A stretch of 64,000 nucleotides of DNA. It comes from Elusimicrobia bacterium RIFOXYA12_FULL_51_18. GTDB lineage: Bacteria > Elusimicrobiota > Elusimicrobia > Elusimicrobiales > UBA9959. Made by a program: the position numbers and the translations under genes. The stretch is from contig MGVA01000043.1 of NCBI GenBank assembly GCA_001800245.1, positions 29,098-93,097 of the forward strand, read 5' to 3'. The notes beneath the pieces were generated by a model. The model made no database searches. It was not told the DNA's origin and saw nothing but the letters and a program-made list of their open reading frames with translations. Positions 43,980 to 52,813 of the stretch are shown piece by piece (position 1 is the first letter of the stretch; every line of letters starts with the position of its first letter).

Positions 43980-44903
43980 TTACTTTGAGCTTGCCGTCCT
44001 GAAAAAGTCCCGGACGGGCGTGAATTCTTTCCACCCGTAGAGAACCGGATATTCACGCCAGGGCCCTTCACAGATATCAAAGTACTTGCAGTCAGGGCAG
44101 AGCGGGCCTTTGGCTTTGCCTTCGGTTTTCCTGTAAACGCCGTAATCTTTTATTGTTCGGTCCGCGTCCACTACCGGCCCGGCCGGTATTATGCGTTCGG
44201 CCACGCAGGCGCTATAGCCTTTCATCAGGCAGAACGGAATAGCTTCGGTATAGCATTGGATGCCTCTGCGGATGCCGAGATCAAGACCTTTTCTGAGATA
44301 AGGCATGACCATGGTTTTCCTGGGGACCATGCGTTTTTTATTCTCGGCCGCGGTGCCGACTATGTGGATAAAGGCGAACTGGTACTGCTTCACCCCGAGT
44401 CTGATGAGGAGGGCCGCTATGGCCGGCAGTTCCCTGTAGTTCAGCGATGTTATGACTGTATTGGTGATCACTGGCAGGCCGGTTTTAACTGCATTTGCGA
44501 TGCCGGACACGCTTTGCGTAAAACTGCCGGCTGAGCCGGTCAGCGCGTCATGGGTTTCGGCCTTGGCTCCATGCAGGCTGGGCCCTAGTTCGGTTGCGCC
44601 GGCCCTTGAAAGTTCCGCGCAGAAACCTGGATAGGCTAAAGTCCGACCATTGGTCTGGAGCTGGATGTTTGCAAAACCGATTTTTTTAGCGATCCTGACA
44701 AGGTCCAAAATTGCGGGATGCAGGCTTGGTTCGCCGCCTGTGAATACTACTCCCCGTACGCCGTCGGCATAGGCTTTTTTTAGTTCCATTGCCACGGTTG
44801 CGGCGCTTTTGTCCGGGTATAGGTCCCGCTTATGCCCTTGGGCGCAAAAACCGCAAAGGTTGTTGCAGCGAAAGCTTATTTTTATATCTATGCGAGTGTA
44901 CAT
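43980..44903 (-). CDS. radical SAM protein (short-form family; paralogue of 25660-26586)
   Basis: 307 aa with CNNLCGFC, TGGEPSLHP and the C-terminal CPDCKYFDICEGPWREYPVLYGWKEF. Confidence 0.85.
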   Translation of the reverse strand: MYTRIDIKISFRCNNLCGFCAQGHKRDLYPDKSAATVAMELKKAYADGVRGVVFTGGEPSLHPAILDLVRIAKKIGFANIQLQTNGRTLAYPGFCAELSRAGATELGPSLHGAKAETHDALTGSAGSFTQSVSGIANAVKTGLPVITNTVITSLNYRELPAIAALLIRLGVKQYQFAFIHIVGTAAENKKRMVPRKTMVMPYLRKGLDLGIRRGIQCYTEAIPFCLMKGYSACVAERIIPAGPVVDADRTIKDYGVYRKTEGKAKGPLCPDCKYFDICEGPWREYPVLYGWKEFTPVRDFFRTASSK

Positions 44904-45109
44904 GAACGGATATTCGTGAACCTTTTTTAATATCGGATCACGCGGTTCCTTTTGGGGAAAATATCGGGATCCCCGCCGGATTATCAGGCCGCCCCTTGTA
45001 GAGCATGGCCGAGGATATTTTACTAATTTGAACGGCTGAAAAATGGCCCATCCGCCGCCGCGCTTGCGTAGCCGGCCGGATCAGAGCATGACCGGTTTGC
45101 GGGCCGGGT

Positions 45110-46876
45110 TTATTTCCCAAGGAATTCCGTGCCCCTGAGCGGCAGAAAGATGCGCGGGTCTTTTTCCTTGCTGAAGCTGGTCCTGAAATCATCCATAAAA
45201 AAGTTCAGGTTATAAGGCTTGAATTTAAGCGTAAGTGCCTTGACCAGTTTCCTGATGAGTTCCTTGTTTTTGTGGCCGAGTTTATCGTAAAGGCAGGTCA
45301 GCAGGTAAACGTGTTCGTTGCCTATGGCCCTGTAGGTCGCAATGGAGTCTATCTTGGCGGCGACAGCTTTAGTGGATTCCACTATCTGAGTGTTTTTCTT
45401 CTTCCACTTCAGGCCGCAGATCTCATCAAATTTCAGCGAATACTGTTCCACTATCCTATAAAGCGGATAGAAAAAATTCATAAACTGCAGCGGGGGGTAG
45501 GGGACCACCTTTAGGCCGAATTTAGTCTGCTCGCGGTAAAATCTGGAATTGGGATAAAGGTAAAAAGGGTTCAGCGTATAAAGGTCCACGAAGTCCTTAA
45601 CGGCGTCTATTAAAGACAGCGTGGCTTTAACGTCCTCGCCGGTTTCCGTGGGAAATCCCGCTATCAGTTCTATATGATTCCAGATGCCTATCTTATCGGC
45701 GTATTCCAGGTACCTGCGGCTTTTTTCAACGGTCATGCCCTTATTCACGTAATTCAACAGCCGCTGGCTGCCGGTTTCCACACCAAAAGTAAGTTTCACG
45801 GCCCCGGCGGCGCGCATTTTATCCAGCAGATGTTCGTCCATCATCCGCAGATTGGCGCAATCGAACCATTTGAGGTTCAGCTTATGCCGGATCATTTTAT
45901 CGCAGAGTTCCTCGGCCAGTTTGTAATGATTATTGAACGATGAGTTGACGAAATAGATCCCGGTGACGCCTTTCCCCTTCAGTTCCGAAAGCTCGTCGAT
46001 GATCCGGTCGGTGGATTTGACGTCGGAGGGGAGCGTGTTGTCGTTTTCGCAAAAGGCGCAGGCGCCGGGACAGGTAAGCTCGAAAACATACGAAGCAACC
46101 AGGTGTCGCTTGTCGTTCTTTATCAGTTTTTTTATGAACGGGAAATCGGAATTGTACCTTGCGAAGATCTCGCTGTCGTAAGCCTTGTATTTTTCAAGGA
46201 TGCGATTGTCGTAATGCGGGTGGGGGGCGTAAGGCCGTCTCTCCTGTCCGCCGCCGTAATTTTTCAGACTGCCGCCCCGGCGCACTATCGTTCCGGTAAA
46301 GGCGGCCTTTTCCCCGGCCAGGTCTTTCATAATCTCCAGCAGTGCTTTTTCCCCCCAGTTGGCATACACGCCGTAATCAAAACATGGGTATTTTCGCATC
46401 AGGTAAAAAAAAGCTTCCTTCGGAACGCCTCTATAGCCGATGACCGTTTTCGCGCCGAACTTTTTTTTAACGGCGAATGATAGGAGCGCGGAAAAATTTA
46501 TTATAAGCGGCTCAGCCCTTATATCAACCAGGGTTATTCCCACGAGATCGGATTTTTCCAGTTTCAGTCCTTTGAGCAGCAGGCCGCATATGCGGTCGTA
46601 TTCGGCGGCGAGTTTAGCGCGTGATCGCCCATTCACGTAGGCCTCGGCCGAATCTTTGTCGTATATCAACGCAGTTTGTCTGCGATTGAACAAGTGTTGT
46701 ACCCTGTCGAACCACGCTTTCTCCGCGTCCAGTTGCGCCGCCTCATAGCCGTTAATTATCAGTGCGTCGGCGAGCACAGCTATTGTCATGTTGGGTGGGG
46801 GGATGGGTTCGGAGATCTTCTGTTCCCCGGGGGGGTAGACCAGCGTCGCTTTAAGCGGCTTCTTAGGAGAATTCAT
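45110..46876 (-). CDS. radical SAM protein with B12-binding-like N-terminal domain
   Basis: 588 aa. The N-terminal Rossmann-like region is ATLVYPPGE...PPPNMTIAVLADALIINGYEAAQLD. The cluster motif is CPGACAFC. A TIM-barrel-type core (GIYFVNSSFN, FGVETGSQRLL) is followed by a long C-terminal extension. Confidence 0.7.
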   Translation of the reverse strand: MNSPKKPLKATLVYPPGEQKISEPIPPPNMTIAVLADALIINGYEAAQLDAEKAWFDRVQHLFNRRQTALIYDKDSAEAYVNGRSRAKLAAEYDRICGLLLKGLKLEKSDLVGITLVDIRAEPLIINFSALLSFAVKKKFGAKTVIGYRGVPKEAFFYLMRKYPCFDYGVYANWGEKALLEIMKDLAGEKAAFTGTIVRRGGSLKNYGGGQERRPYAPHPHYDNRILEKYKAYDSEIFARYNSDFPFIKKLIKNDKRHLVASYVFELTCPGACAFCENDNTLPSDVKSTDRIIDELSELKGKGVTGIYFVNSSFNNHYKLAEELCDKMIRHKLNLKWFDCANLRMMDEHLLDKMRAAGAVKLTFGVETGSQRLLNYVNKGMTVEKSRRYLEYADKIGIWNHIELIAGFPTETGEDVKATLSLIDAVKDFVDLYTLNPFYLYPNSRFYREQTKFGLKVVPYPPLQFMNFFYPLYRIVEQYSLKFDEICGLKWKKKNTQIVESTKAVAAKIDSIATYRAIGNEHVYLLTCLYDKLGHKNKELIRKLVKALTLKFKPYNLNFFMDDFRTSFSKEKDPRIFLPLRGTEFLGK

Positions 46877-47221
46877 ATAAATAAAACCGTCGGATTAAGA
46901 ATAGTCCCGTTTATAATCCTGTTTTCAAAGCGGCTTATTCCGTCCGCAAAAGGCGCAATTCCCAAAAGATAAAGGTTGATAAGGTATTTTCCTTTCTTAA
47001 ATCAGAATATAATATTTCTCCCGCGGCTTCAACACGCACGCATCGTTTCCTCCTTTTAAGTTAAATCTCCTGAGCCGCCGGGTTTTAATGAGCCGGGGGG
47101 GGGTTTTATGTATAATAATATCTGGTATTTCTCCGCATAACGCCGAAATATTTAAACTAAGATATTTAGCAGGCGGCGGAGGCCATCCCTCAATGGTTAT
47201 TTATATAGGGTTTTCCTTACT

Positions 47222-48118
47222 ATGCGTATAACAGTGGGCGTTAAATCCCTGAAAGAAGCCGATTACTTCCTGCATAATGGCGCCGATGAAATCCATTTCA
47301 GCCTGAAAACGGTGCCGGGCCACCGCGCCGCCGCGTTTTCGAACGAAAAAGAGCTCCTGGATTCAGTTAAGCTCGCCATCCGGCTCCGAAAGAAAACCAT
47401 GCTGGGCCTGAATGCGGTCTACCCGCGGGAAAAATATCCGCTCCTGTTAAGACACGCGCGCAAGATGACGGATCACGGTCTGGACGGCATTATCGTGCGT
47501 GATCCGGCGCTTTTGGAGTATTTCAACACTAAGAAGTTTCGTCCATATTTTGTTTCGAGCATCTTGTGCGCCTGCTTTAACTCCCAGGCTATGGAGTTTT
47601 ACCAGGACCTTGGAGTGCGCAGGTTTACCCTTCACAGCCAGATCTTGCCTCAAGACGTCAAAATGATGGTGAGCGCCGCCATGAAAACCGAAACCGTGGT
47701 ATTCGCGCCCTGCATATTCCTGGCCGCCAACCTCGTGCCTTTCTGTCTTTGCCCATATCCGGAATCAAGAGATCCAGGCGGAGCGCGTCTTCCAGACCAC
47801 GCCTGCACGCTGAGATATAAATGCGGCGGCAGTGATTTTCGTATGCTGGATTCAAACCTGTATTTCCAGGCCGATATGTTTTATGATTTCTACGGGATAG
47901 GAGTGCATTGGCTCAAGGTCCCTCGGCAGATGAACACTCCTAAACTCATAGCTGATTTTAAGATAACCCTGTTTCTGAACCAGCTGCTTGAAAAAGGCAT
48001 AGACAGGAAAACTTTTGCGGTAGCGGTAGCGGAGCTGGTAAAGAGAGCGGATATGAACAAATATGGAAAAAGCTATCATTTTAAGCCCTTCCCTGATAAA
48101 CCAGAAAAGCACGCTTGA
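47222..48118 (+). CDS. U32-family protein, UbiU-like large subunit (tandem copy 1)
   Basis: 298 aa. MRITVGVKSLKEADYFLHNGADEIHF, DGIIVRDPALLEYF and the Cys-rich PCIFLAANLVPFCLC...HACTLRYKCGG fit the U32 TIM-barrel plus Cys-cluster pattern. Confidence 0.6.
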   Translation: MRITVGVKSLKEADYFLHNGADEIHFSLKTVPGHRAAAFSNEKELLDSVKLAIRLRKKTMLGLNAVYPREKYPLLLRHARKMTDHGLDGIIVRDPALLEYFNTKKFRPYFVSSILCACFNSQAMEFYQDLGVRRFTLHSQILPQDVKMMVSAAMKTETVVFAPCIFLAANLVPFCLCPYPESRDPGGARLPDHACTLRYKCGGSDFRMLDSNLYFQADMFYDFYGIGVHWLKVPRQMNTPKLIADFKITLFLNQLLEKGIDRKTFAVAVAELVKRADMNKYGKSYHFKPFPDKPEKHA

Positions 48119-48881
48119 ACTCATAAAAGGCGCCATGGTTTATCTCGGCGATGAATTCTGCATTCATAAGCAGCCTTCTTTCGCGGATTTTACCTCCGCC
48201 AGGAAACTGACGGGAGCCACCCCCGTTCTTCTGAGCACGCTTTTGACCGAACCCGCTTTGAAGAGCTATGCCGTGCTGCTGTCGGAATGCGCGAAGAAAG
48301 CGCCGGGAACCGAGGTTGTGGTCAACGATATTGGATTGCTCCATTTTATCGATAAGAATTACCGCGGGCGGTTCAGTATAACGCTGGGGCGCCTGATTAC
48401 TTATTTATTCGACCCTAAGAACACGCGCGTACTAGGCTCAAAATCCGAGCGGGGGCTGGAAGGGAAAAAGATGAAGCTTTGGGAATCCAGTCTTGAGGCG
48501 ACGCCGACGCCATATATTAAAAAATTTCTCAAGCGTTACGCGGTGGAGCGGGTGGAGACGGACAGCGAACGTATCTTTAAAAAATACGCGGATAACATGG
48601 ACGTTAAAATATCCTTTTACTATCCCATGCGGCTCATGGCGATGACCCGCTTCTGCCCGTTCAGGGGCGGAATCTCCCTTGAGTGCAAGGCGCCGTGCGG
48701 CAGCCGTCTTTTAACGCTCCGAACCCGGCACCTGGATTATCCTCTCTTCTCAAAGGGCAACGCCTACTTTGTGAAAAACAGGCTGGTAAAGCACCCTAGG
48801 CTGGACCGCACGGTCAGGTTTCCATTCGTGAAGAGCAATAATTTGAAAATGTACATAAACGAAGGCTCTCTTCGCGGATAA
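48063..48881 (+). CDS. U32-family protein, UbiV-like small subunit (tandem copy 1)
   Basis: 272 aa starting 56 nt inside the preceding ORF. VYLGDEFC, VLLSTLLTEPAL, VVVNDIGLLHF and RFCPFRGGISLECKAPCG follow the UbiV-like block order. Confidence 0.6.
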   Translation: MEKAIILSPSLINQKSTLELIKGAMVYLGDEFCIHKQPSFADFTSARKLTGATPVLLSTLLTEPALKSYAVLLSECAKKAPGTEVVVNDIGLLHFIDKNYRGRFSITLGRLITYLFDPKNTRVLGSKSERGLEGKKMKLWESSLEATPTPYIKKFLKRYAVERVETDSERIFKKYADNMDVKISFYYPMRLMAMTRFCPFRGGISLECKAPCGSRLLTLRTRHLDYPLFSKGNAYFVKNRLVKHPRLDRTVRFPFVKSNNLKMYINEGSLRG

Positions 48882-48952
48882 ACGATTTTTGGCCCGGAAT
48901 ATTTAAATATCCATAAAAGCCAAACTCCGGACGGATATGCCAACCCCTTATT

Positions 48953-49828
48953 ATGCGCATAACAATCGGCATTAAATCCCTGGATGAAGCGGATTATTTC
49001 CTGCATCAAGGCGCGGATGAAATATATTTCGGGCCCGCGGTGCCAAGTCACCGCGCCTCTTTTTCCAAGGAAAAAGAGATCCTTGACTCTATCAGGCTGG
49101 CCAAAAAGCTGCAAAAAAAAACCCTGCTGGCGCTGAATGAAATTTACTCCCGGGAGCAGTACGGCTTCCTCCTTGCCCACGCGCGCCGCCTGACCGGGAA
49201 CGGCCTGGACGGGCTTGTCGTGCGCGATGTGGCGCTTCTGGAATATTTCAACAGCGAGAAATTCCGTCCCAATTTTGTCTCCAGCATAATGAGTTCCTGT
49301 TTTAATTCCCAGGCGATGAAATTTTACATGGACCTCGGAGTGGGCCGTTTTACCCTTCACAGCCAGATCATGCCGGAGGACGCCGTTAAAATGGTTTCCG
49401 CGGCCGAGACGATAATGTTCGTGTCCTGCCTCTTCCTGGAGCCCAATATAGTGCCGTTCTGTTTTTTTACTTATCCGGGAGGGCCCGGCGCTTCAAAACT
49501 TAAAGTCCGCCCCTGCAAGGCCGGGTTTAAATGCGGCCGTCACGATTTCCGCATGCTTGAGTCTAACCTTTACTTCCAGGCCGGCCTGCTCTATGACTTC
49601 CATAAACTGGGAGTGCAATGGTTGAAGATCCCGAGGCAACTTAACACCCGGAAGCTTATAACCGAGTTCAAGATAACCCGTTTTTTGAACCTCTTGCTTG
49701 AAAAAGGGCTGGACAGGGAGAGTTTTGTGAAAGCGGTGACGGAACTAATGACAAGAGCGGACCTGAATAAATATGGATCAAGCTATCTTATTAAGCCCGA
49801 CGTTGATATCCCGGCGCGGCACGCCTGA
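48953..49828 (+). CDS. U32-family protein, UbiU-like large subunit (tandem copy 2)
   Basis: 291 aa, colinear with 47222-48118 (MRITIGIKSLDEADYFLHQGADEIYF..., RFTLHSQIMPED, RMLESNLYFQA). Confidence 0.6.
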   Translation: MRITIGIKSLDEADYFLHQGADEIYFGPAVPSHRASFSKEKEILDSIRLAKKLQKKTLLALNEIYSREQYGFLLAHARRLTGNGLDGLVVRDVALLEYFNSEKFRPNFVSSIMSSCFNSQAMKFYMDLGVGRFTLHSQIMPEDAVKMVSAAETIMFVSCLFLEPNIVPFCFFTYPGGPGASKLKVRPCKAGFKCGRHDFRMLESNLYFQAGLLYDFHKLGVQWLKIPRQLNTRKLITEFKITRFLNLLLEKGLDRESFVKAVTELMTRADLNKYGSSYLIKPDVDIPARHA

Positions 49829-50660
49829 ACTTATAAAGAACTCTACGGTCTATCTCGGAGACGAATTCTGTATCCATAAACAGCCTTCGTACGCCGATTT
49901 TGTCGCCGTGAGTAAGATGACGGGGAAAAGCCCCGTCCTTATGAGCACGCTTCTGACCGACCCGGCCTTGGAAAGTTATGCCGGACTACTGTCGGAATGC
50001 GCAAAGAAAGCGCCGGGGACCGAGGTGGTGGTCAACGACATCGGCCTGCTTCGTTTTATAGATATGAACTATCGCGGGAAGTTCAGGATAATTCTTGGCC
50101 GCCTGATGACTTATTTTTTCGACACGAAACACACGCGCCTTCCGGGCTGCACCAGGCCGATACTATGGACCGGTGATGATTCCGATCCGTCCGGACGGAA
50201 GGTGAGCGGTCGGAAGACCGGCTTAAGGCGGGAAGATAAAACGCGGAAAGCATGGGAAACAAAACTTGACGCCACACCCATCGCTTACATCAGGGATTTT
50301 ATCAAACGATATGCCGTGGAAAGGGTGGAGACGGACAGCGATTATATCTTCAGAAAATACGCCTGCAATACCGACATAAAAATATCCTTCTACTATCCGT
50401 TGCGCCTCATGGCCATGACCAGATTCTGTCCGTTCATGGGTGGCATAGCCCCCAGGTGCAGCGCCCCGTGCGGCACCAATCTTTTAAAACTTAAAACCCG
50501 GCAACTTGATTATCAGCTCTTTTCCAAAGGCAATGCCTATTTTGCGAAGAATAAGCTTGTTAAGCATCCCCGGCTTGATCGCGCGATCAAAATGCCTCTT
50601 ACTCCGTGTTCCGGTTTCAAACCGGTGACGAACAATTACACTTGCCCGGGCAGGCCCTGA
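49773..50660 (+). CDS. U32-family protein, UbiV-like small subunit (tandem copy 2)
   Basis: 295 aa with the same 56-nt overlap geometry as copy 1. It is colinear with 48063-48881 except for a ~25-aa insertion (PILWTGDDSDPSGRKVSGRKTGLRRED...). Confidence 0.6.
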   Translation: MDQAILLSPTLISRRGTPELIKNSTVYLGDEFCIHKQPSYADFVAVSKMTGKSPVLMSTLLTDPALESYAGLLSECAKKAPGTEVVVNDIGLLRFIDMNYRGKFRIILGRLMTYFFDTKHTRLPGCTRPILWTGDDSDPSGRKVSGRKTGLRREDKTRKAWETKLDATPIAYIRDFIKRYAVERVETDSDYIFRKYACNTDIKISFYYPLRLMAMTRFCPFMGGIAPRCSAPCGTNLLKLKTRQLDYQLFSKGNAYFAKNKLVKHPRLDRAIKMPLTPCSGFKPVTNNYTCPGRP

Positions 50661-50757
50661 ATCGGTTGCCGCTCCATTCCCCCCATCAGGGCTGATTTTA
50701 AAAAGATTACATGTGATCGGTATAGTGGTCGGAGCGGAGAAATCCGCTCTGTCCGCG

Positions 50758-51813
50758 TTAAACGCCCTTATTCTCCAGAGTGTGGTACGGCGCCCGGCCG
50801 CAGCGCCGGCAGGCGGGAAGAAACCCGCCCTGCTTCAGCAGCAGTATGCGGAAGGCGGAGTAAGCCGGGCCGTTATACGCGGCCAGCGGCGACGGCAAGC
50901 CCGCGCCGGCGTGTACCGCCAGCGGCTGGCAGGTAAGCAAGCGCCCGTCCGGCGCGAACCAGGTCGCTCGGAACTGGCCAAGACAGAACCCTTTTTTTTT
51001 GAAGGCCGTGCCCGGAGAGTACCAGGCCTTTATTTCAGCCCCCGTGAGCGGCGGGTAGAATTTGACGGCCGGACCGGCTTTCCGCTGTACCGCCGCCACG
51101 CCGGCGGCGAGCTTGGCCGCGTCTATGCCGCGCAACAGGTCGGCTGAGGCTTTAAGCGGCGTGCGCAGGCCTATGCCGGACAGCAGCTTAGCGGTGGCGC
51201 CGGTGTCGGAGGCGGAGACGAATTCCAGGTGGTTGAAGGCGACGCCGTCGGCTCCCAGCGAAGCCAGCGCGCGCCAGGTTTCCGGCAGGCGGGCGTGGTT
51301 GCCCTGGTTCACGGTGCACCAGAGCGTAATGCGGGTACCGGCCGGGCGCCGGGCTTTCATGATTTCAAGGTTGGGGATGGTCGCCGACCAGGTTCCGGCG
51401 CCGGCGATCCGGTCGTGCGCTGCGCGCGGGCCGTGTACCGAAAGCGCTATTTCGTCCGGCCCCGCTGCCGCCAGCTCGGCCGCAGCCTCGGAAGACACTC
51501 GCGCGGCGGTGGTGACCAGAACCGAGTGGCCGGCCGTTTTCAGTTCCCTAACCAAGGCCGGCAGGAAAGGTAGCAATAGCGGCTCTCCGCCGGTGAGATA
51601 AAATTTTTTGCCGCCGGGCCCCAGCGCCCTTATTATTTTCAGCCAGCCTGCCAGCCCCAGTTCGCATCCGCATTCGTCGGACAGGCCGTTTCGCTTTACG
51701 AAACAGAAGGGACAGTTCAGCGCGCACCTGTAGGTGAGGTCTACGGCTATGTAGGAAGGGGACAGTGTTTTAGTTTGTAAAAAAGTCTTTGATGGCATTG
51801 ATGATATATGCAC
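50758..51813 (-). CDS. radical SAM protein with SPASM/twitch-like C-terminus
   Basis: 351 aa with CALNCPFC and TGGEPLLLP. The C-terminal region is GFCLGQFRATWFAPDGRLLTC...LPACRRCGRAPY. The gene is conspicuously GC-rich. Confidence 0.8.
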   Translation of the reverse strand: MHISSMPSKTFLQTKTLSPSYIAVDLTYRCALNCPFCFVKRNGLSDECGCELGLAGWLKIIRALGPGGKKFYLTGGEPLLLPFLPALVRELKTAGHSVLVTTAARVSSEAAAELAAAGPDEIALSVHGPRAAHDRIAGAGTWSATIPNLEIMKARRPAGTRITLWCTVNQGNHARLPETWRALASLGADGVAFNHLEFVSASDTGATAKLLSGIGLRTPLKASADLLRGIDAAKLAAGVAAVQRKAGPAVKFYPPLTGAEIKAWYSPGTAFKKKGFCLGQFRATWFAPDGRLLTCQPLAVHAGAGLPSPLAAYNGPAYSAFRILLLKQGGFLPACRRCGRAPYHTLENKGV

Positions 51814-52765
51814 ACTCGCTTTCGGTCATGGCGGGATATACCGGCAGGTGCAGCGCCTCCCTTAAATACCGGGAAGCCCCGGGGAATTCCGCGTCCCGGC
51901 CTTTGCCGTGCAGCGGGGTGTAAATGCGCTCAAGGGGGATTTTAAGTTTCAGCAGGCGGCGTTTTAGCTCCTCGCGGCGTTTTGTAAGTATGGGGAACTC
52001 CTGGGCCGTTTCTGAAACCGGCGGTATTGTAAGCTCTCCGATGCCGGAGAGACCGCGCCGGTAAAGCCCGTTTATTTTCTTCAGGTCGGAGAACACGGCG
52101 GGTAAGTTCCGGAGCTTGAGCGATAAATAGGAGGCTGTGCGCCCGTCCGGCCTCGTGAATCGTTCCAACCCGCCGCGTATTTTTTTTGTAAGGGCCGGGT
52201 CGTCCCAGGTTATGGCGCCGGCCTTTGCCCACGGAGCCGAGAGGGGTTTGTACGGGGAAAGGGAGAAAATGCCGATCCGTCCGAAGCTCCCGTACTTTTT
52301 TCCTTTGTGGTCCCTGCCGAGTATTTGCGAGGCGTCCTCCACTACCGAGGGAAGGTGTTTTTTGGGGAAACGCTTCACGGGATCCGGGAGGGACGGGTTG
52401 CCGAACATGTGAACGTTTAACAGCGTGTCGAAGGATCCCGCAGCTCTCATCAAAGCTTCTTCCGATATGTTGAGAGTTTTTATGTTTATGTCCAGGAACA
52501 CGGGTTCGGCTTCCGCGTATTTCACCGCTTCAAGCAGCGAAGGATGGGTCACATCCGTTAAGGCCACGCACGCGGGTTTTAAAGCCTTAAGCGCTATCTT
52601 GAGTGCGGCTCCTCCGCCGGCGGTAAGCCTGCAGTATTCACGGCCGGTAAAGGCCGCCAGTTCTCTCTCAAAAATTTCTATCGCGCCGGGTAGGTTATCC
52701 GGCTCCGGCCAGCTTTTTGCAAGAAGCCGGTCTATTCTGTAAGGGTCAAAAATATTTTTCCCCAT
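51770..52765 (-). CDS. DegT/DnrJ/EryC1/StrS-family PLP-dependent aminotransferase
   Basis: 331 aa. FERELAAFTGREYCRLTAGGGAALKIALKAL and FSLSPYKPLSA (candidate PLP Lys) fit the pattern typical of sugar aminotransferases. Confidence 0.7.
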   Translation of the reverse strand: MGKNIFDPYRIDRLLAKSWPEPDNLPGAIEIFERELAAFTGREYCRLTAGGGAALKIALKALKPACVALTDVTHPSLLEAVKYAEAEPVFLDINIKTLNISEEALMRAAGSFDTLLNVHMFGNPSLPDPVKRFPKKHLPSVVEDASQILGRDHKGKKYGSFGRIGIFSLSPYKPLSAPWAKAGAITWDDPALTKKIRGGLERFTRPDGRTASYLSLKLRNLPAVFSDLKKINGLYRRGLSGIGELTIPPVSETAQEFPILTKRREELKRRLLKLKIPLERIYTPLHGKGRDAEFPGASRYLREALHLPVYPAMTESECAYIINAIKDFFTN

Positions 52766-52813
52766 AGCGTACGATTCTCAAAAAGCTTTAGTATAAATTG
52801 TTATCCTATCAAT

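Noticed and set aside
44938-45192. A small minus-strand ORF in the 44904-45109 spacer (internal start gives MGHFSAVQISKISSAMLYKGRPDNPAGIPIFSPKGTA) was considered as a second precursor peptide.
   Set aside because: It has no convincing RBS, no repeat or Cys/His/Ser-rich core, and its long form overlaps the 3' end of the upstream rSAM gene. It cannot be supported from sequence alone.
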